Positions 1-9,332 of a stretch of DNA of 64,000 bases are shown here, piece by piece; positions within the stretch are counted from its first letter, which is position 1, and every line of letters starts with the position of its first letter. The notes below the pieces were generated by a model. The model was given only the letters and a program-made list of their open reading frames with translations, searched no databases and had not been told where the DNA came from. The position numbers were made by a program, and so were the translations under genes. This stretch comes from a virus: IMG/VR virus record IMGVR_UViG_3300013114_000098; one strand, written 5' to 3'.

Positions 1-925
1 CATTTGTAAAGTATAAGTTGCTTGAACCTTCTGATAAATCGTCTGAATCAGCTGCTGCTAACTTTGTATCAAACGCCGCATTTGCACGAGCGTCTGTGTA
101 GTATAGGTTTGTTGAACCTTCTGATAAATCATCAGTGTCAGCCGCTGCAATTGCTGTATTGAAACGTGCTTGTGTCCAATATAGGTTGCTTGAACCTTCT
201 GATAAATCGTCAGTGTCGTGGTTAGCAATTGATGAAACTGTACCAGTTACTGTACCAGTTATGCTACCAAGAAATGAACCTGATGTGTATAGGTTTTCTG
301 CACCTATTGACCATCTGTCATTTGTTTCGTCCCAGATAAACGACTTGTCGCCATCTGATCCACGCTCAACTGTAATACCTGCGTCTATTGTACCCGTTGT
401 TGCGTCTTTGTTTAATACAAGGATGTTATCAGAAATTTCAACTGTAGTTGAGTTAACTGATGTAGTTGTACCTTGAACTGTTAAGTCACCACCAACAATC
501 ATGTTACCAGAAGTTGTCACGGTAGCTGATGTGATGTCATCTGTTGTTAATGTACCGTCAACTGCTACGTTGTTAAACGTAACGTTGTCTGTAGTAGCAA
601 CAGCCTGACCAATTGAGATAGCTCCACCTGCAACAGCAACACCTGTGCCGCCTGTTACATAGCCGTCTACTGAAGTACGCACACGTGCGTCTGTAAAGTA
701 AACATTGGTAGAACCTTCACTTAAATTATCAGTATCATAAGAACCAATTAGATTAGCTGAGGTGATTTTTTTCAAAGCACCGTTTGCTGAATCATGAACC
801 ATTAATTCGTCTGCTCCAATAAGTGATGTAACAGCTGAGTGGCCTGAAACTGCTGTAACGTCTAGCTTGGCTGTGATAACTGCCTGATCCGCAAGAGCAG
901 GAGTTTTAATTTGTCTAAAAGCCAT
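1..925 (-). CDS. Tail fibre / virion structural protein, N-terminal part (runs off window start)
   Basis: Not in ORF track; ATG at 925 with GGAG RBS, reads MAFRQIKTPALADQAVITAKL..., open to window edge; repeated DTDDLSEGSxNLY(F/Y/W)T motifs and a GDLTVQGTTTSVNSTT...AGITVERG segment typical of phage fibre proteins. Confidence 0.8.
   Translation of the reverse strand, partial: MAFRQIKTPALADQAVITAKLDVTAVSGHSAVTSLIGADELMVHDSANGALKKITSANLIGSYDTDNLSEGSTNVYFTDARVRTSVDGYVTGGTGVAVAGGAISIGQAVATTDNVTFNNVAVDGTLTTDDITSATVTTSGNMIVGGDLTVQGTTTSVNSTTVEISDNILVLNKDATTGTIDAGITVERGSDGDKSFIWDETNDRWSIGAENLYTSGSFLGSITGTVTGTVSSIANHDTDDLSEGSSNLYWTQARFNTAIAAADTDDLSEGSTNLYYTDARANAAFDTKLAAADSDDLSEGSSNLYFTN
11..217 (-). 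repeat. In-frame coding repeats (DxDDLSEGSxNLYxT) of the fibre gene
   Basis: Near-identical ~33-nt units at ~11, ~101, ~180, with a diverged copy at ~700. Confidence 0.85.
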
Positions 926-1096
926 ATAGATTTCTCCAATCAAATATATTTGATTTCCCTATAATCTATATAAGGAAAAGGTTAAGTGTGGTATATGAAC
1001 TCCACATTTAACACTACGCAAGTATGAGTAAAATTCTTTTCTTATAAACATACTTACGTTACACAGGTCGTAAAACCTTGTGCAAGTGTATTTACC
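926..1096 (-). promoter_or_regulatory. Late promoter (GGTAAATA, 1089-1096) plus ~160-nt multi-hairpin 5' leader
   Basis: TAAATA core shared with the other late promoters; five consecutive hairpins before GGAG-ATG. Confidence 0.6.
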
Positions 1097-1151
1097 TATA
1101 TTTGAGTGGAATTAACTTATTTGAGAACTAGGATTTTAAAAAAATATTTCC

Positions 1152-2696
1152 CTAGATTGGGAAATATCTAAAGTCAACTGTAGCACTATTTGCTGGTGCA
1201 GTTGACATTGTTAGTGTCGAGCCTAGTATACTATATTCTGATGGTTGCAATATTAATCCATCGACTATAACTAACATACTATGAACAGTATGTCCTGATT
1301 GTATAGTATATTGTGTAGTACTATTGTTTCCGGTATACTGGTCACTAGTATATATCAAATCTAAGTGTTGGTTTTCTACAGAGTTATTTACTAAACTTAC
1401 ATTTGTTGCATTCGGATATCTATACTTAACATATATGTTATCATCAATAGCAGGAGTTTCATTAAATGTTAATGTAGTTCCGGCTAATGAATAAATGCTT
1501 GGACGTTGCAAAACGTCATTTACATAAACGTCAATTGATTCTTCATCTGCTGGTGAATCTGTTAATGTAAAGTCTACAGTTGATCCATCACCTGTAAAGT
1601 CTTGAGAAGTAGGAATAGAGTTAGATGTAATACTATTATTTGTAAATGAGAAGTTACCATTACCATCTGTTTGTAATACTTGTCCAACTGTACCATCAGC
1701 TATGCCAAGGTCTAATAAATCACTAATATCACTAGCAATTGTTATACCTTGTGAACCTGGAGTAGTAACCGGAGTAATTGTAATGTTATTACCAGCACGT
1801 ATATCAATTTCATCAACACCTGACGCAACAATATCAGTTGCTGTTGTATCTGTTGCAGTATCATAGACATGCCACGTTTTAAATGTTGACTCAAGTTTTA
1901 CTGTTACTGTACCGTCTGCATTGTCTGTAAGTGCAAACCCACCGTCTACGTCAAATTTTAATCCTGTTACATTTGATACTGATACATTTGATACTGGGTC
2001 ATTAATTTCACTAACTGTAAGTTGTTGAGCTACTAAGGCCGCGTTTGTTGCTAAGTCTGCCGTCTGGAATGACGAAACAATTTCTGTTAATGAATCTAGT
2101 GTTGCTGGATCTGTATTTGATAGTATGTCATCTATTTGCGATTGTAAGTTGCTTATAGCACTACTTGAACTTACTCCAAATAGTCCAGTATATGTAGCAC
2201 CTGTAATATAAACACTTTTACCAGTAAAGTTTACACCATTAGGTAAGTTATCACCAATAAAGTTTAATACACCACTTTGATAATCAAAGAACCATTCGTC
2301 GTTGTTACCACTACCAGTAGTAAATACTTTGTTGCTTAAACTTTCAGCACCTGCTGAATCACCAGCAGTGTGAATATAAACATTTACTAAGTAAGTACTA
2401 CCAAATTCTGTTGGAATCCAATCTGTAAGTCCTGTTTTCCAAGTTCTATTAGTTGATGCTGTAATATCTGCTGTTGCTTCTACTGCTGTTTGTAAAGTTA
2501 CTACACCACTTGTTGTTCCAGGTTTTACTGCTGGAATATTACCTGCTTCAGCCCAAACTTTATCACCACGTAATAAAAGTGGACTTGGTATGCTTTCATT
2601 AGCCGCTAATTTATTAAAAACTGTATCTGTTTTAGAAGCGCCGAAACCGACCTTCTTAAATAAATAATCTAATTTTTGATTATCAGAGATTGCCAT
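1152..2696 (-). CDS. Virion structural / fibre-associated protein
   Basis: 514 aa, T/S/G-rich, two C-terminal FTGDG..VYVNxVLQxP..Y...TLTF repeats typical of T4-like marine phage virion proteins. Confidence 0.7.
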   Translation of the reverse strand: MAISDNQKLDYLFKKVGFGASKTDTVFNKLAANESIPSPLLLRGDKVWAEAGNIPAVKPGTTSGVVTLQTAVEATADITASTNRTWKTGLTDWIPTEFGSTYLVNVYIHTAGDSAGAESLSNKVFTTGSGNNDEWFFDYQSGVLNFIGDNLPNGVNFTGKSVYITGATYTGLFGVSSSSAISNLQSQIDDILSNTDPATLDSLTEIVSSFQTADLATNAALVAQQLTVSEINDPVSNVSVSNVTGLKFDVDGGFALTDNADGTVTVKLESTFKTWHVYDTATDTTATDIVASGVDEIDIRAGNNITITPVTTPGSQGITIASDISDLLDLGIADGTVGQVLQTDGNGNFSFTNNSITSNSIPTSQDFTGDGSTVDFTLTDSPADEESIDVYVNDVLQRPSIYSLAGTTLTFNETPAIDDNIYVKYRYPNATNVSLVNNSVENQHLDLIYTSDQYTGNNSTTQYTIQSGHTVHSMLVIVDGLILQPSEYSILGSTLTMSTAPANSATVDFRYFPI

Positions 2697-5284
2697 TAAC
2701 TAGCCTCTCCTATTGATAGCCCTGTAATTTCTTTACCGGCTGATAGTGCAATTCTAACTAATACAACATTATCAGTTGCATTACTCATATTCTCACTACC
2801 TAATGTCATTGTATAACTTGAATTAATACTTGAACCTGTTGGAACAACGTCTGCACCTGTTAATGCACAACCGTTTGATCCATTACCACCGTTACCTGTA
2901 TCACTACCTGGTACGCCAGCACCTGCATATTGAGATGTACATTCAAGCCAACCGTTTAAACCACTAGCACTATCAATAGCAGTGCCTGGTGCCGCTATCC
3001 ACATACCTGCTATACCATTTGAATTAATATCTATATCAAAGTTAGCAACAACTTGTCTGCGGAATGCAAATGTAAAATATTGTGTTCCTGTATCTGCACT
3101 TCTATTTGGCCCTACTGGCAAATAGCCAGTTGATAAATCTGTTACAAAATGTTTTATATCTCCCCATCTAGTAGTTGCTTCTTGTGTTCCTTCAACTGCA
3201 ACTGCTCCATTAAATAAACTGTTTGTATAAAAATTAGTACTACTAGTATACGAAGGTGTGTCTGTTGTTTCTGAAAGGAAGTCTGAAATTCTTTTACCGT
3301 CATCTGTGTAAGTACCATTTCCTAAACTATTTGCAACTGATATATCTTCTTCATCTATACCACTTGGACTTGCTGTATGTACTTGAATTAGTGTTGTATT
3401 ATCTACATCAAATGAACCTGATCCATTTGAGTTTTTTGCTCTCATTTTAATTGACTGAATTGATCTTCTTGAACTTGTTGTAATTGGTAGAGTTAATGCT
3501 GTTATTGCATATGGTGTTCCTACGCCTGTGTCAGCAATTGGGGTTCCACTACTAAGCATAGTTGACGCACCATCTATATTGCTGTATGTAAAATCTAAAT
3601 TATTAATAACATCGCCACTTGTACCTTCTTGGTTTATTGCACCTTCAACTTCAACTGGACTTGATGTGTTTTGATATGTTTGTCCTACAAAATTTTCTAC
3701 TGTACTTCCTGTAAGAGTTAAACTAGGTGAACCTGTATTATAATATGGTATACCTGAAATAAATCTAAAAGTTCCTGGAACGTTTTCTGTAATAGTTCCA
3801 ATTACACTAGTAGGTGTTGCTGTTAATGTATCTTTAACAAACTCAACAGTATTAGTTGCACCTGTTGTACTATGATTTAACTGCATACTGTTTACACCAT
3901 TGCTTATACCTGAAGCTGATGTTGATACTTTTGCTTTAAATCCTTTGTATAATCCTGGGTGGTATATGCTATTTGCAAAACTTGTACTTGTTCCACCTGC
4001 ATTTAATAAATTATAATCTTCTTCATCAGTTACTGTTAAACTAGCATTTGATCCAGTTTCATTACCACTAGTAAATGCTATGCTACCGTCTACTGCATTA
4101 TTAACTTTTGCTTCTAATGTTCCTGCATCAGCATCATATGCATATGAAGTAATTACATCACTCTCAATATTACCTGCTGTTGCTGTTACCCTTTTAACAC
4201 TGCTACCAGCAGTTAAACTAGTACCTGGAGTATTATCTGTGAAACTTGCCGCTAAGTATGGAGATGATCCTGTTGTATCACTAAATGATAATGTTTTAGC
4301 ACTTAACCCATTGGGTGCAGTTGGCGAACTAGCATAAACTTTTAACTGTTTTGTAGTTGAATCGGGAATAGAGGAAGGTAATGCTGTACTATGCGTTAGC
4401 AAAGTTAATGTAACTGTATCCCTAGATGTTCCTGATGATGTACTTGGAGCCCATGTATGCAATAATCTTGCACCATTGACTCCTCCATCTGCAGAATCAC
4501 TAGCAATGTTATCAACAGATGAGCCATCACCCCAATCCATTGAATATGTTACATCTGCACTACTTGTGTTAGTAGTATCGTTTTCTAAGTATAAATTATC
4601 ACCTTCAACAACATACAAATTGTTGCCTGTTAATGCTGATCCGCCTGTTGCATTTCTATACAACTCCATAACTGCGTTTGGATCACTTGTAAAAATAGTA
4701 ATGTAGTCTTGCCTTAATTTACTTGATGTTGAGCCTGTTCCTACACCTGCATTGTTAAATGCAGTAACAGTAACATCAAATGGGCTACCTGAGTTGGTAG
4801 CGTAAGTATGTGAGGGAGTAGAATCGGAAGTAGCTGTAGTTGAATTGCCATCACCCCAATCTACGGTATATCTATTAGGGTTTCCTGTTGCAGTAATAGT
4901 AAGAGTAGTATTAAGTCCTGCACCACCTGTTGTAGGATTAGCGGTAAAATCCACACCTTTAACAAATGTACTATTTTGTACATTTAACATTGCTTCATTT
5001 AAGTCGTCAATAGCATCACCTACTGTCGTACTTTGAAGCCATCCTTCAATTGCGCCATCTGTCCAACTACTATCTGAACTTACGCCCAATGTTAAATCAA
5101 TGGCACTGCTACCACTGTTTGCTTCGAGGTATGATTTTGTTACAAGGTCTTGTGCATCTACTGGGTCTGATGCGTTTTTAACAATCTTTGCCGAAACATC
5201 GATGTTACTTGCCGCACCTGCGTCCAGTATTAAGTCAGATTCAGATTTGATCTTATCTGCACTATGATTTATATTAATAGCCAA
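2696..5284 (-). CDS. Virion structural protein with PKD-like Ig domains
   Basis: 862 aa; two (V/M)DWGDG...H(T)Y/W PKD signatures; beta-rich composition. Confidence 0.7.
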   Translation of the reverse strand: MAININHSADKIKSESDLILDAGAASNIDVSAKIVKNASDPVDAQDLVTKSYLEANSGSSAIDLTLGVSSDSSWTDGAIEGWLQSTTVGDAIDDLNEAMLNVQNSTFVKGVDFTANPTTGGAGLNTTLTITATGNPNRYTVDWGDGNSTTATSDSTPSHTYATNSGSPFDVTVTAFNNAGVGTGSTSSKLRQDYITIFTSDPNAVMELYRNATGGSALTGNNLYVVEGDNLYLENDTTNTSSADVTYSMDWGDGSSVDNIASDSADGGVNGARLLHTWAPSTSSGTSRDTVTLTLLTHSTALPSSIPDSTTKQLKVYASSPTAPNGLSAKTLSFSDTTGSSPYLAASFTDNTPGTSLTAGSSVKRVTATAGNIESDVITSYAYDADAGTLEAKVNNAVDGSIAFTSGNETGSNASLTVTDEEDYNLLNAGGTSTSFANSIYHPGLYKGFKAKVSTSASGISNGVNSMQLNHSTTGATNTVEFVKDTLTATPTSVIGTITENVPGTFRFISGIPYYNTGSPSLTLTGSTVENFVGQTYQNTSSPVEVEGAINQEGTSGDVINNLDFTYSNIDGASTMLSSGTPIADTGVGTPYAITALTLPITTSSRRSIQSIKMRAKNSNGSGSFDVDNTTLIQVHTASPSGIDEEDISVANSLGNGTYTDDGKRISDFLSETTDTPSYTSSTNFYTNSLFNGAVAVEGTQEATTRWGDIKHFVTDLSTGYLPVGPNRSADTGTQYFTFAFRRQVVANFDIDINSNGIAGMWIAAPGTAIDSASGLNGWLECTSQYAGAGVPGSDTGNGGNGSNGCALTGADVVPTGSSINSSYTMTLGSENMSNATDNVVLVRIALSAGKEITGLSIGEAS

Positions 5285-5349
5285 CTTCTATTCCTCACAA
5301 TTTCGCCGCTCTTGCGTTTTTGTTTCTATTATTCTTTACTAACGTTGCT

Positions 5350-5949
5350 TTATGCTACGCTAGGTCCATAAACAGAAAGAATAGACCAGCCTGCACTTGT
5401 ATAAATCATCTCTACACTTTGACCAGCTGTTGTGAACGCTACAGTACTGAAACCGTTCGCTGTACTAGGAGTTACAACAACTGTACCGGCTGGTGTCGCT
5501 GTAGTAACTATAACTTTTCTCTCACCCTCTATACCGTTTGATAGTGATAGTGCTAAATCTGTACTTGCGTCTACGTATACTGTGCCTCTAGTATCTAGTG
5601 AAACAGAATTTGTAGCTGACTTTGTTAATATTACTATTTTTTGTAAATACCCAACATTCCATGGATTAGTGTTACTACCTATATTATATTGTATGCCTGA
5701 GTCTATATTAGGTATAACATCGCTACTGATATTGGCATTTAATGTTAAGGAACCGCCTCCGTTACCTAGTGATATAACATCTCCGTTTACAACAAGGGTG
5801 CCTCCGATATACATATTACCGGCCGCATACGTTCCACCTTTATTATAAAGAGATGCACCTACTGGATCAACAGGAGATACGCCAACATCCAATGTGTTGG
5901 TGCTTTCTATAACTAATGTTCCAGAATCTGGATTAATGTGTGATGACAT
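5350..5949 (-). CDS. Small virion structural protein
   Basis: 199 aa, beta-rich, downstream of late promoters, first gene of the fibre operon. Confidence 0.6.
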   Translation of the reverse strand: MSSHINPDSGTLVIESTNTLDVGVSPVDPVGASLYNKGGTYAAGNMYIGGTLVVNGDVISLGNGGGSLTLNANISSDVIPNIDSGIQYNIGSNTNPWNVGYLQKIVILTKSATNSVSLDTRGTVYVDASTDLALSLSNGIEGERKVIVTTATPAGTVVVTPSTANGFSTVAFTTAGQSVEMIYTSAGWSILSVYGPSVA

Positions 5950-5972
5950 AATACTTTTTTCCTACTACTTCC

Positions 5973-6000
5973 TATTTATATAATTATATATGTATTTATC
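5973..6000 (-). promoter_or_regulatory. T4-type late promoter(s): TATAAATA 5973-5980 and GATAAATA 5993-6000
   Basis: Match to T4 gp55 late consensus TATAAATA upstream of structural operon. Confidence 0.7.
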
Positions 6001-6029
6001 AAAGGTAAGATGTTTTGAACTGTCATAAG

Positions 6030-6061
6030 AAAAGACACATTAAATTAATAATGCGTCTTTT
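6030..6061 (-). terminator. Intrinsic terminator ending the ncRNA unit
   Basis: AAAAGACGCATTA-loop-TAATGTGTCTTTT followed by CTT on minus strand. Confidence 0.65.
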
Positions 6062-6071
6062 CCGTTAATAA

Positions 6072-6257
6072 GTTAAATAGGTAGGACTTGGTTACACCTA
6101 CAAGCCGGAAACACAGATACCATTCTATAATTCCAGCAACCTAACCCCGCCAGTGACTGCGATGTGACTCCCTCTGTTTTCCAGATAAAGCCTGGGTACC
6201 ACCCCTGGTTAGTCAAGTTAGAGCCTCTGGTAAGACCCTCTTCCTTGCACTATTAAC
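6072..6257 (-). ncRNA. ~186-nt structured non-coding RNA (family unassigned)
   Basis: GC-richer island; ends pair (GUUAAUAG/CUAUUUAAC); helices AACUUGAC/GUUAGGUU, CCAG/CUGG, GGGU/ACCC, GCUGGAA/UUCCGGC, GUAGG/CCUAC; G-U pairs only on minus strand; own promoter and terminator. Confidence 0.8.
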
Positions 6258-6291
6258 AAAAAGTAATTAGTTTTTTGTTACTTATGTGTTT

Positions 6292-6320
6292 AATATATAA
6301 CAGTTTTGCCTAAAGGTCAA
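6292..6320 (-). promoter_or_regulatory. Host sigma70 promoter for the ncRNA
   Basis: TTGACC-17 bp-TATATT with A-rich UP element. Confidence 0.75.
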
Positions 6321-6357
6321 CCTTTTTTTTAATCTTTTTTTAATTTTATCCACAGCC

Positions 6358-6389
6358 AAAAAAATAGGCCCATTTCTGAGCCTATTTTT
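6358..6389 (-). terminator. Intrinsic terminator after major capsid gene
   Basis: AAAAATAGGCTC-AGAAAT-GGGCCTATTTTTTT. Confidence 0.85.
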
Positions 6390-6417
6390 ATGTAAAAAAT
6401 TGTATTCTAGTAAAATA

Positions 6418-7587
6418 TTACTGGAATGACAAGTTACTTGCGTTAACATCAATTTTAGAAACGTAGTCCGCCGCATTACCAAGAGATGAAGCCTGGTTAT
6501 TTAGCTCAACATAGCCATAACGTGTCATAAATGATACTGTTGGCTCGAATGTTGCCGGATCTAATACTGTGCCTGAAGACATTAGTGGAATGTATGGGCA
6601 ATAAAATGCTGCCGCATCAATTTCACCGTCGCCTTTATAGCCAACTAGTACTGGAGCATTATCTGCCGCGTACTGGTCAACAAAAACACGCATAGTGCCA
6701 TTCAAAGTACCTACAAATTTAGTATTTGTTGGAGCTTCAAAAGGTCCTTCAGTTGTTCTTGCGAACGCTGAAGTTGTTGCACTTTGTAGTACTGTTAACA
6801 TAGTTGGTGAAACAACGACATAGTTACCTGCACCACGACGTGTTCTTGCCGCGATTAGGTTAGCTGATCTGTTTATAAGAACTGCTAGTGCCGCATGTTG
6901 GTCTCCAACGAAAGTTGCTGTACCTGATACTGAACCTTGGTCATATGTATCAGTTGCCGCGCCTGCTAATGTACGTAGTGAACCGATCACTTCTTGATCA
7001 ATCTCAGCAGTAATTTCTTGGGCAAGTGCCTGCATAATTTCTGCTTCAACGTCTAGACCGTGCATTGCGTTTGCGTCTTGAGCCGCTTCAAACGTCCAAC
7101 GAGCACTCAATTTACGAGTTTTCGCTTCAACTGTTTGCTTCAATACTTGGATAGAAAGTTTCTTTCCAGCTTCTGCTTCTAAAGAAGAAGTTGAAGTTGC
7201 TGCGCCTGCTGATGCGTTTGCATCACCTGAGTATCCTTTTGCAATTGCAAATGGAGATAAAGCTTCATCACCTGCTGAAACGCCTGATGCTGTTTCGCCA
7301 TATCTTACTCTAAGTGTATGTATTTGTCCTACTGGACCTGTCATAGGCTGTACGCCTACAAGTTCGTTTGCGATAACTGTTGGCATCACACGTCTGATAA
7401 CTGGAAGAATCACTTTGTTAAGTGATGCAACGTTACCCGCCATAGTTGTGCCAGCTGTAGCTGATTCTGAAAGGTAGCTCTTAGTGTTTTCAAGAACTGA
7501 TTCCATTACAACCTTTTTGTTACCTTCTAAGCCATCTGTTAGGGCGTCTTTTGTAACGTCCCAATTTTCAAATAGATTCTGTGTCAT
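6418..7587 (-). CDS. gp23: Major capsid protein (T4 gp23-like)
   Basis: LVGVQPMTGPVG, VEAKTRKLSARWTFEAAQD, AFYCPYIPL, FMTRYG motifs. Confidence 0.97.
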   Translation of the reverse strand: MTQNLFENWDVTKDALTDGLEGNKKVVMESVLENTKSYLSESATAGTTMAGNVASLNKVILPVIRRVMPTVIANELVGVQPMTGPVGQIHTLRVRYGETASGVSAGDEALSPFAIAKGYSGDANASAGAATSTSSLEAEAGKKLSIQVLKQTVEAKTRKLSARWTFEAAQDANAMHGLDVEAEIMQALAQEITAEIDQEVIGSLRTLAGAATDTYDQGSVSGTATFVGDQHAALAVLINRSANLIAARTRRGAGNYVVVSPTMLTVLQSATTSAFARTTEGPFEAPTNTKFVGTLNGTMRVFVDQYAADNAPVLVGYKGDGEIDAAAFYCPYIPLMSSGTVLDPATFEPTVSFMTRYGYVELNNQASSLGNAADYVSKIDVNASNLSFQ

Positions 7588-7599
7588 TTGGAATTCTCC

Positions 7600-8700
7600 T
7601 TAGTTGATTCCTGCTAACTTTTTAAGGTTAATAATTTCGGCTTCACTATCCGTGTTTGCTGGAGTGTTAGCCTTGTTACCGGTAATCTCAGTCTTCTGAG
7701 ATTCTGTTAGTGTTTTTTGTGAATCTTTGTTTGTGCCTGACTCATTAAGTACCGTTGGTAGGTATTTGTTGAATTGGGCTTTTAACTTGCTTGTAGCTAT
7801 GCTTTCAAGTAAGTTGTTCATTAATTCACGTTTATCTTTGGCCAAAGGAGACATAAGTTCAGTTATAACTGCCTCACGCTCACGGCTTTCATTAATTCTA
7901 GCAACTTCATTTGTTGCTTCAGTAATTTTTGCCTCTTTAGCTTCAATTTCTTTTTGCGATTCTTCAATTTGAGTCTTCGCATCTGAAAGTTCTTTTGAAA
8001 GTTTTGAAATATGTGTTCCCTCAGCGATATGCGAACCCATAAACTCAGCCGCAAAAGTTTCGAACAGTTTACGTCCGAACATATTTTCTTTTGCCTGCTT
8101 AATATCTTCTTTTAACGTACCTAATTCTGTTGTAAGTGTCTTATCAACAATAGTAGCTAGTTTTGTAGAAGCCTTGTCTATGAAGTCAGTTTTTGCTTTG
8201 GTAATCATTTCTTTACCTTCTGCAACAAGTTTTACCTTTTGTTCAATAAGGTCTTTCTTGTCTTTATGGAATTCATTAAGTTCTGAAGTAAGTTGTTCCA
8301 TCACAAAGTCTTCTAACTTCTCAAAATTGCTTTCTTGAAGTTTTCTGTCGTTGCGTAGTTCGCCAATTTCCTTTTTAAGTGTTTCCATAACAAACTTATC
8401 AAGGAGCTCAGCATGTTCTGCGATTTTACGTTTATACTCAACTTGAGATTCAACTGCCGCTTTTTTATCTGCTGCAAATTCTGCTAATTCAGTTTTAATT
8501 GTATCTGATACCATTGCATCTAGTGCTTCCACCATTTGCGTTTTGTCAGTTTCATATCTGTTAGCGAATTCTTCACGTAATTCGGCAGTGATCTCTTCAC
8601 GAGCTTCACTTAATCTTGCTTCCCATGCTTCTGAAAGTGTTGAACGCACTTCCTCAGATAGGACTTCTGAACTTAGGAGTTGTTCTATTGCATTTGCCAT
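7600..8700 (-). CDS. gp22: Prohead core scaffold protein (gp22-like)
   Basis: Coiled-coil E/K-rich 366 aa between protease and MCP. Confidence 0.88.
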   Translation of the reverse strand: MANAIEQLLSSEVLSEEVRSTLSEAWEARLSEAREEITAELREEFANRYETDKTQMVEALDAMVSDTIKTELAEFAADKKAAVESQVEYKRKIAEHAELLDKFVMETLKKEIGELRNDRKLQESNFEKLEDFVMEQLTSELNEFHKDKKDLIEQKVKLVAEGKEMITKAKTDFIDKASTKLATIVDKTLTTELGTLKEDIKQAKENMFGRKLFETFAAEFMGSHIAEGTHISKLSKELSDAKTQIEESQKEIEAKEAKITEATNEVARINESREREAVITELMSPLAKDKRELMNNLLESIATSKLKAQFNKYLPTVLNESGTNKDSQKTLTESQKTEITGNKANTPANTDSEAEIINLKKLAGIN

Positions 8701-9330
8701 TTAGCTTCTCCTAATATCTAGTTTTTCAATGAACTTTAATACTTCCTTCTGGAGGTATTGATTTGCTATTGTGTCGTCTTTTACTGCGGATGCAACGTCA
8801 AGTAAGATGTTACCACGTTTACCATTCATAATTTGTTCATATAAAGGGTCTGGGTAAGCATCTGGTGCACTTGGATTAGCAACAAGATCAACTGTTTGAA
8901 TTTCAAACTCGCTAACATTGCCGCTTTCTGTTACATTTCCACTACCTCTTGACGAAACGCCAAGTTTTACTCCATTCTCTATAAGGGTTTTACAAATATT
9001 TCCCATTGGAGTAGGTAACAGTTTTAATCGACCATAACCGTCTTGACCGTCCATCCACATTTTTTCAATCATGTGACTAACACGGTCTAAATTAACTTGC
9101 AAATCATCTGGATGATCTGCCTCGCCTAAAACCGAATATCCAGTTTCAATTTTTTCTTGTATTGCTTTAACAGCTTTTGAAATTTCATTAACTGGGTAAA
9201 CTCTTGAGTTTTGATTACGAGTATTTCCTTGTACAAAGATACCTTGCATAAAAAGGCTTTTACCGTCCTGAGCTGTCTCAGTTATGATTTTAGCCTGATC
9301 ATATGTTAGGTTCTCTTTAAGTGTAAGCAT
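8701..9330 (-). CDS. gp21: Prohead protease (gp21-like)
   Basis: NxRVYP, GEADHP, LGVSSRGSG, DLVANPSAPDA motifs. Confidence 0.95.
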   Translation of the reverse strand: MLTLKENLTYDQAKIITETAQDGKSLFMQGIFVQGNTRNQNSRVYPVNEISKAVKAIQEKIETGYSVLGEADHPDDLQVNLDRVSHMIEKMWMDGQDGYGRLKLLPTPMGNICKTLIENGVKLGVSSRGSGNVTESGNVSEFEIQTVDLVANPSAPDAYPDPLYEQIMNGKRGNILLDVASAVKDDTIANQYLQKEVLKFIEKLDIRRS

Positions 9331-9332
9331 AA

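Noticed and set aside
11-217. Spaced direct repeats resembling a CRISPR array
   Set aside because: They are in-frame protein repeats with synonymous variation; no cas genes or leader
135-5848. Plus-strand ORFs antisense to structural genes (and similar minus-strand ORFs within 24-63 kb)
   Set aside because: Shadow ORFs caused by codon bias of the real genes; no RBS or motifs
6072-6257. 6S RNA mimic, tRNA or lysine riboswitch
   Set aside because: Multibranched rather than rod-like; no cloverleaf; followed by a terminator and a separate late promoter rather than a regulated metabolic gene
6282-6482. 66-aa ORF overlapping the MCP end
   Set aside because: Crosses a terminator and a promoter; no RBS
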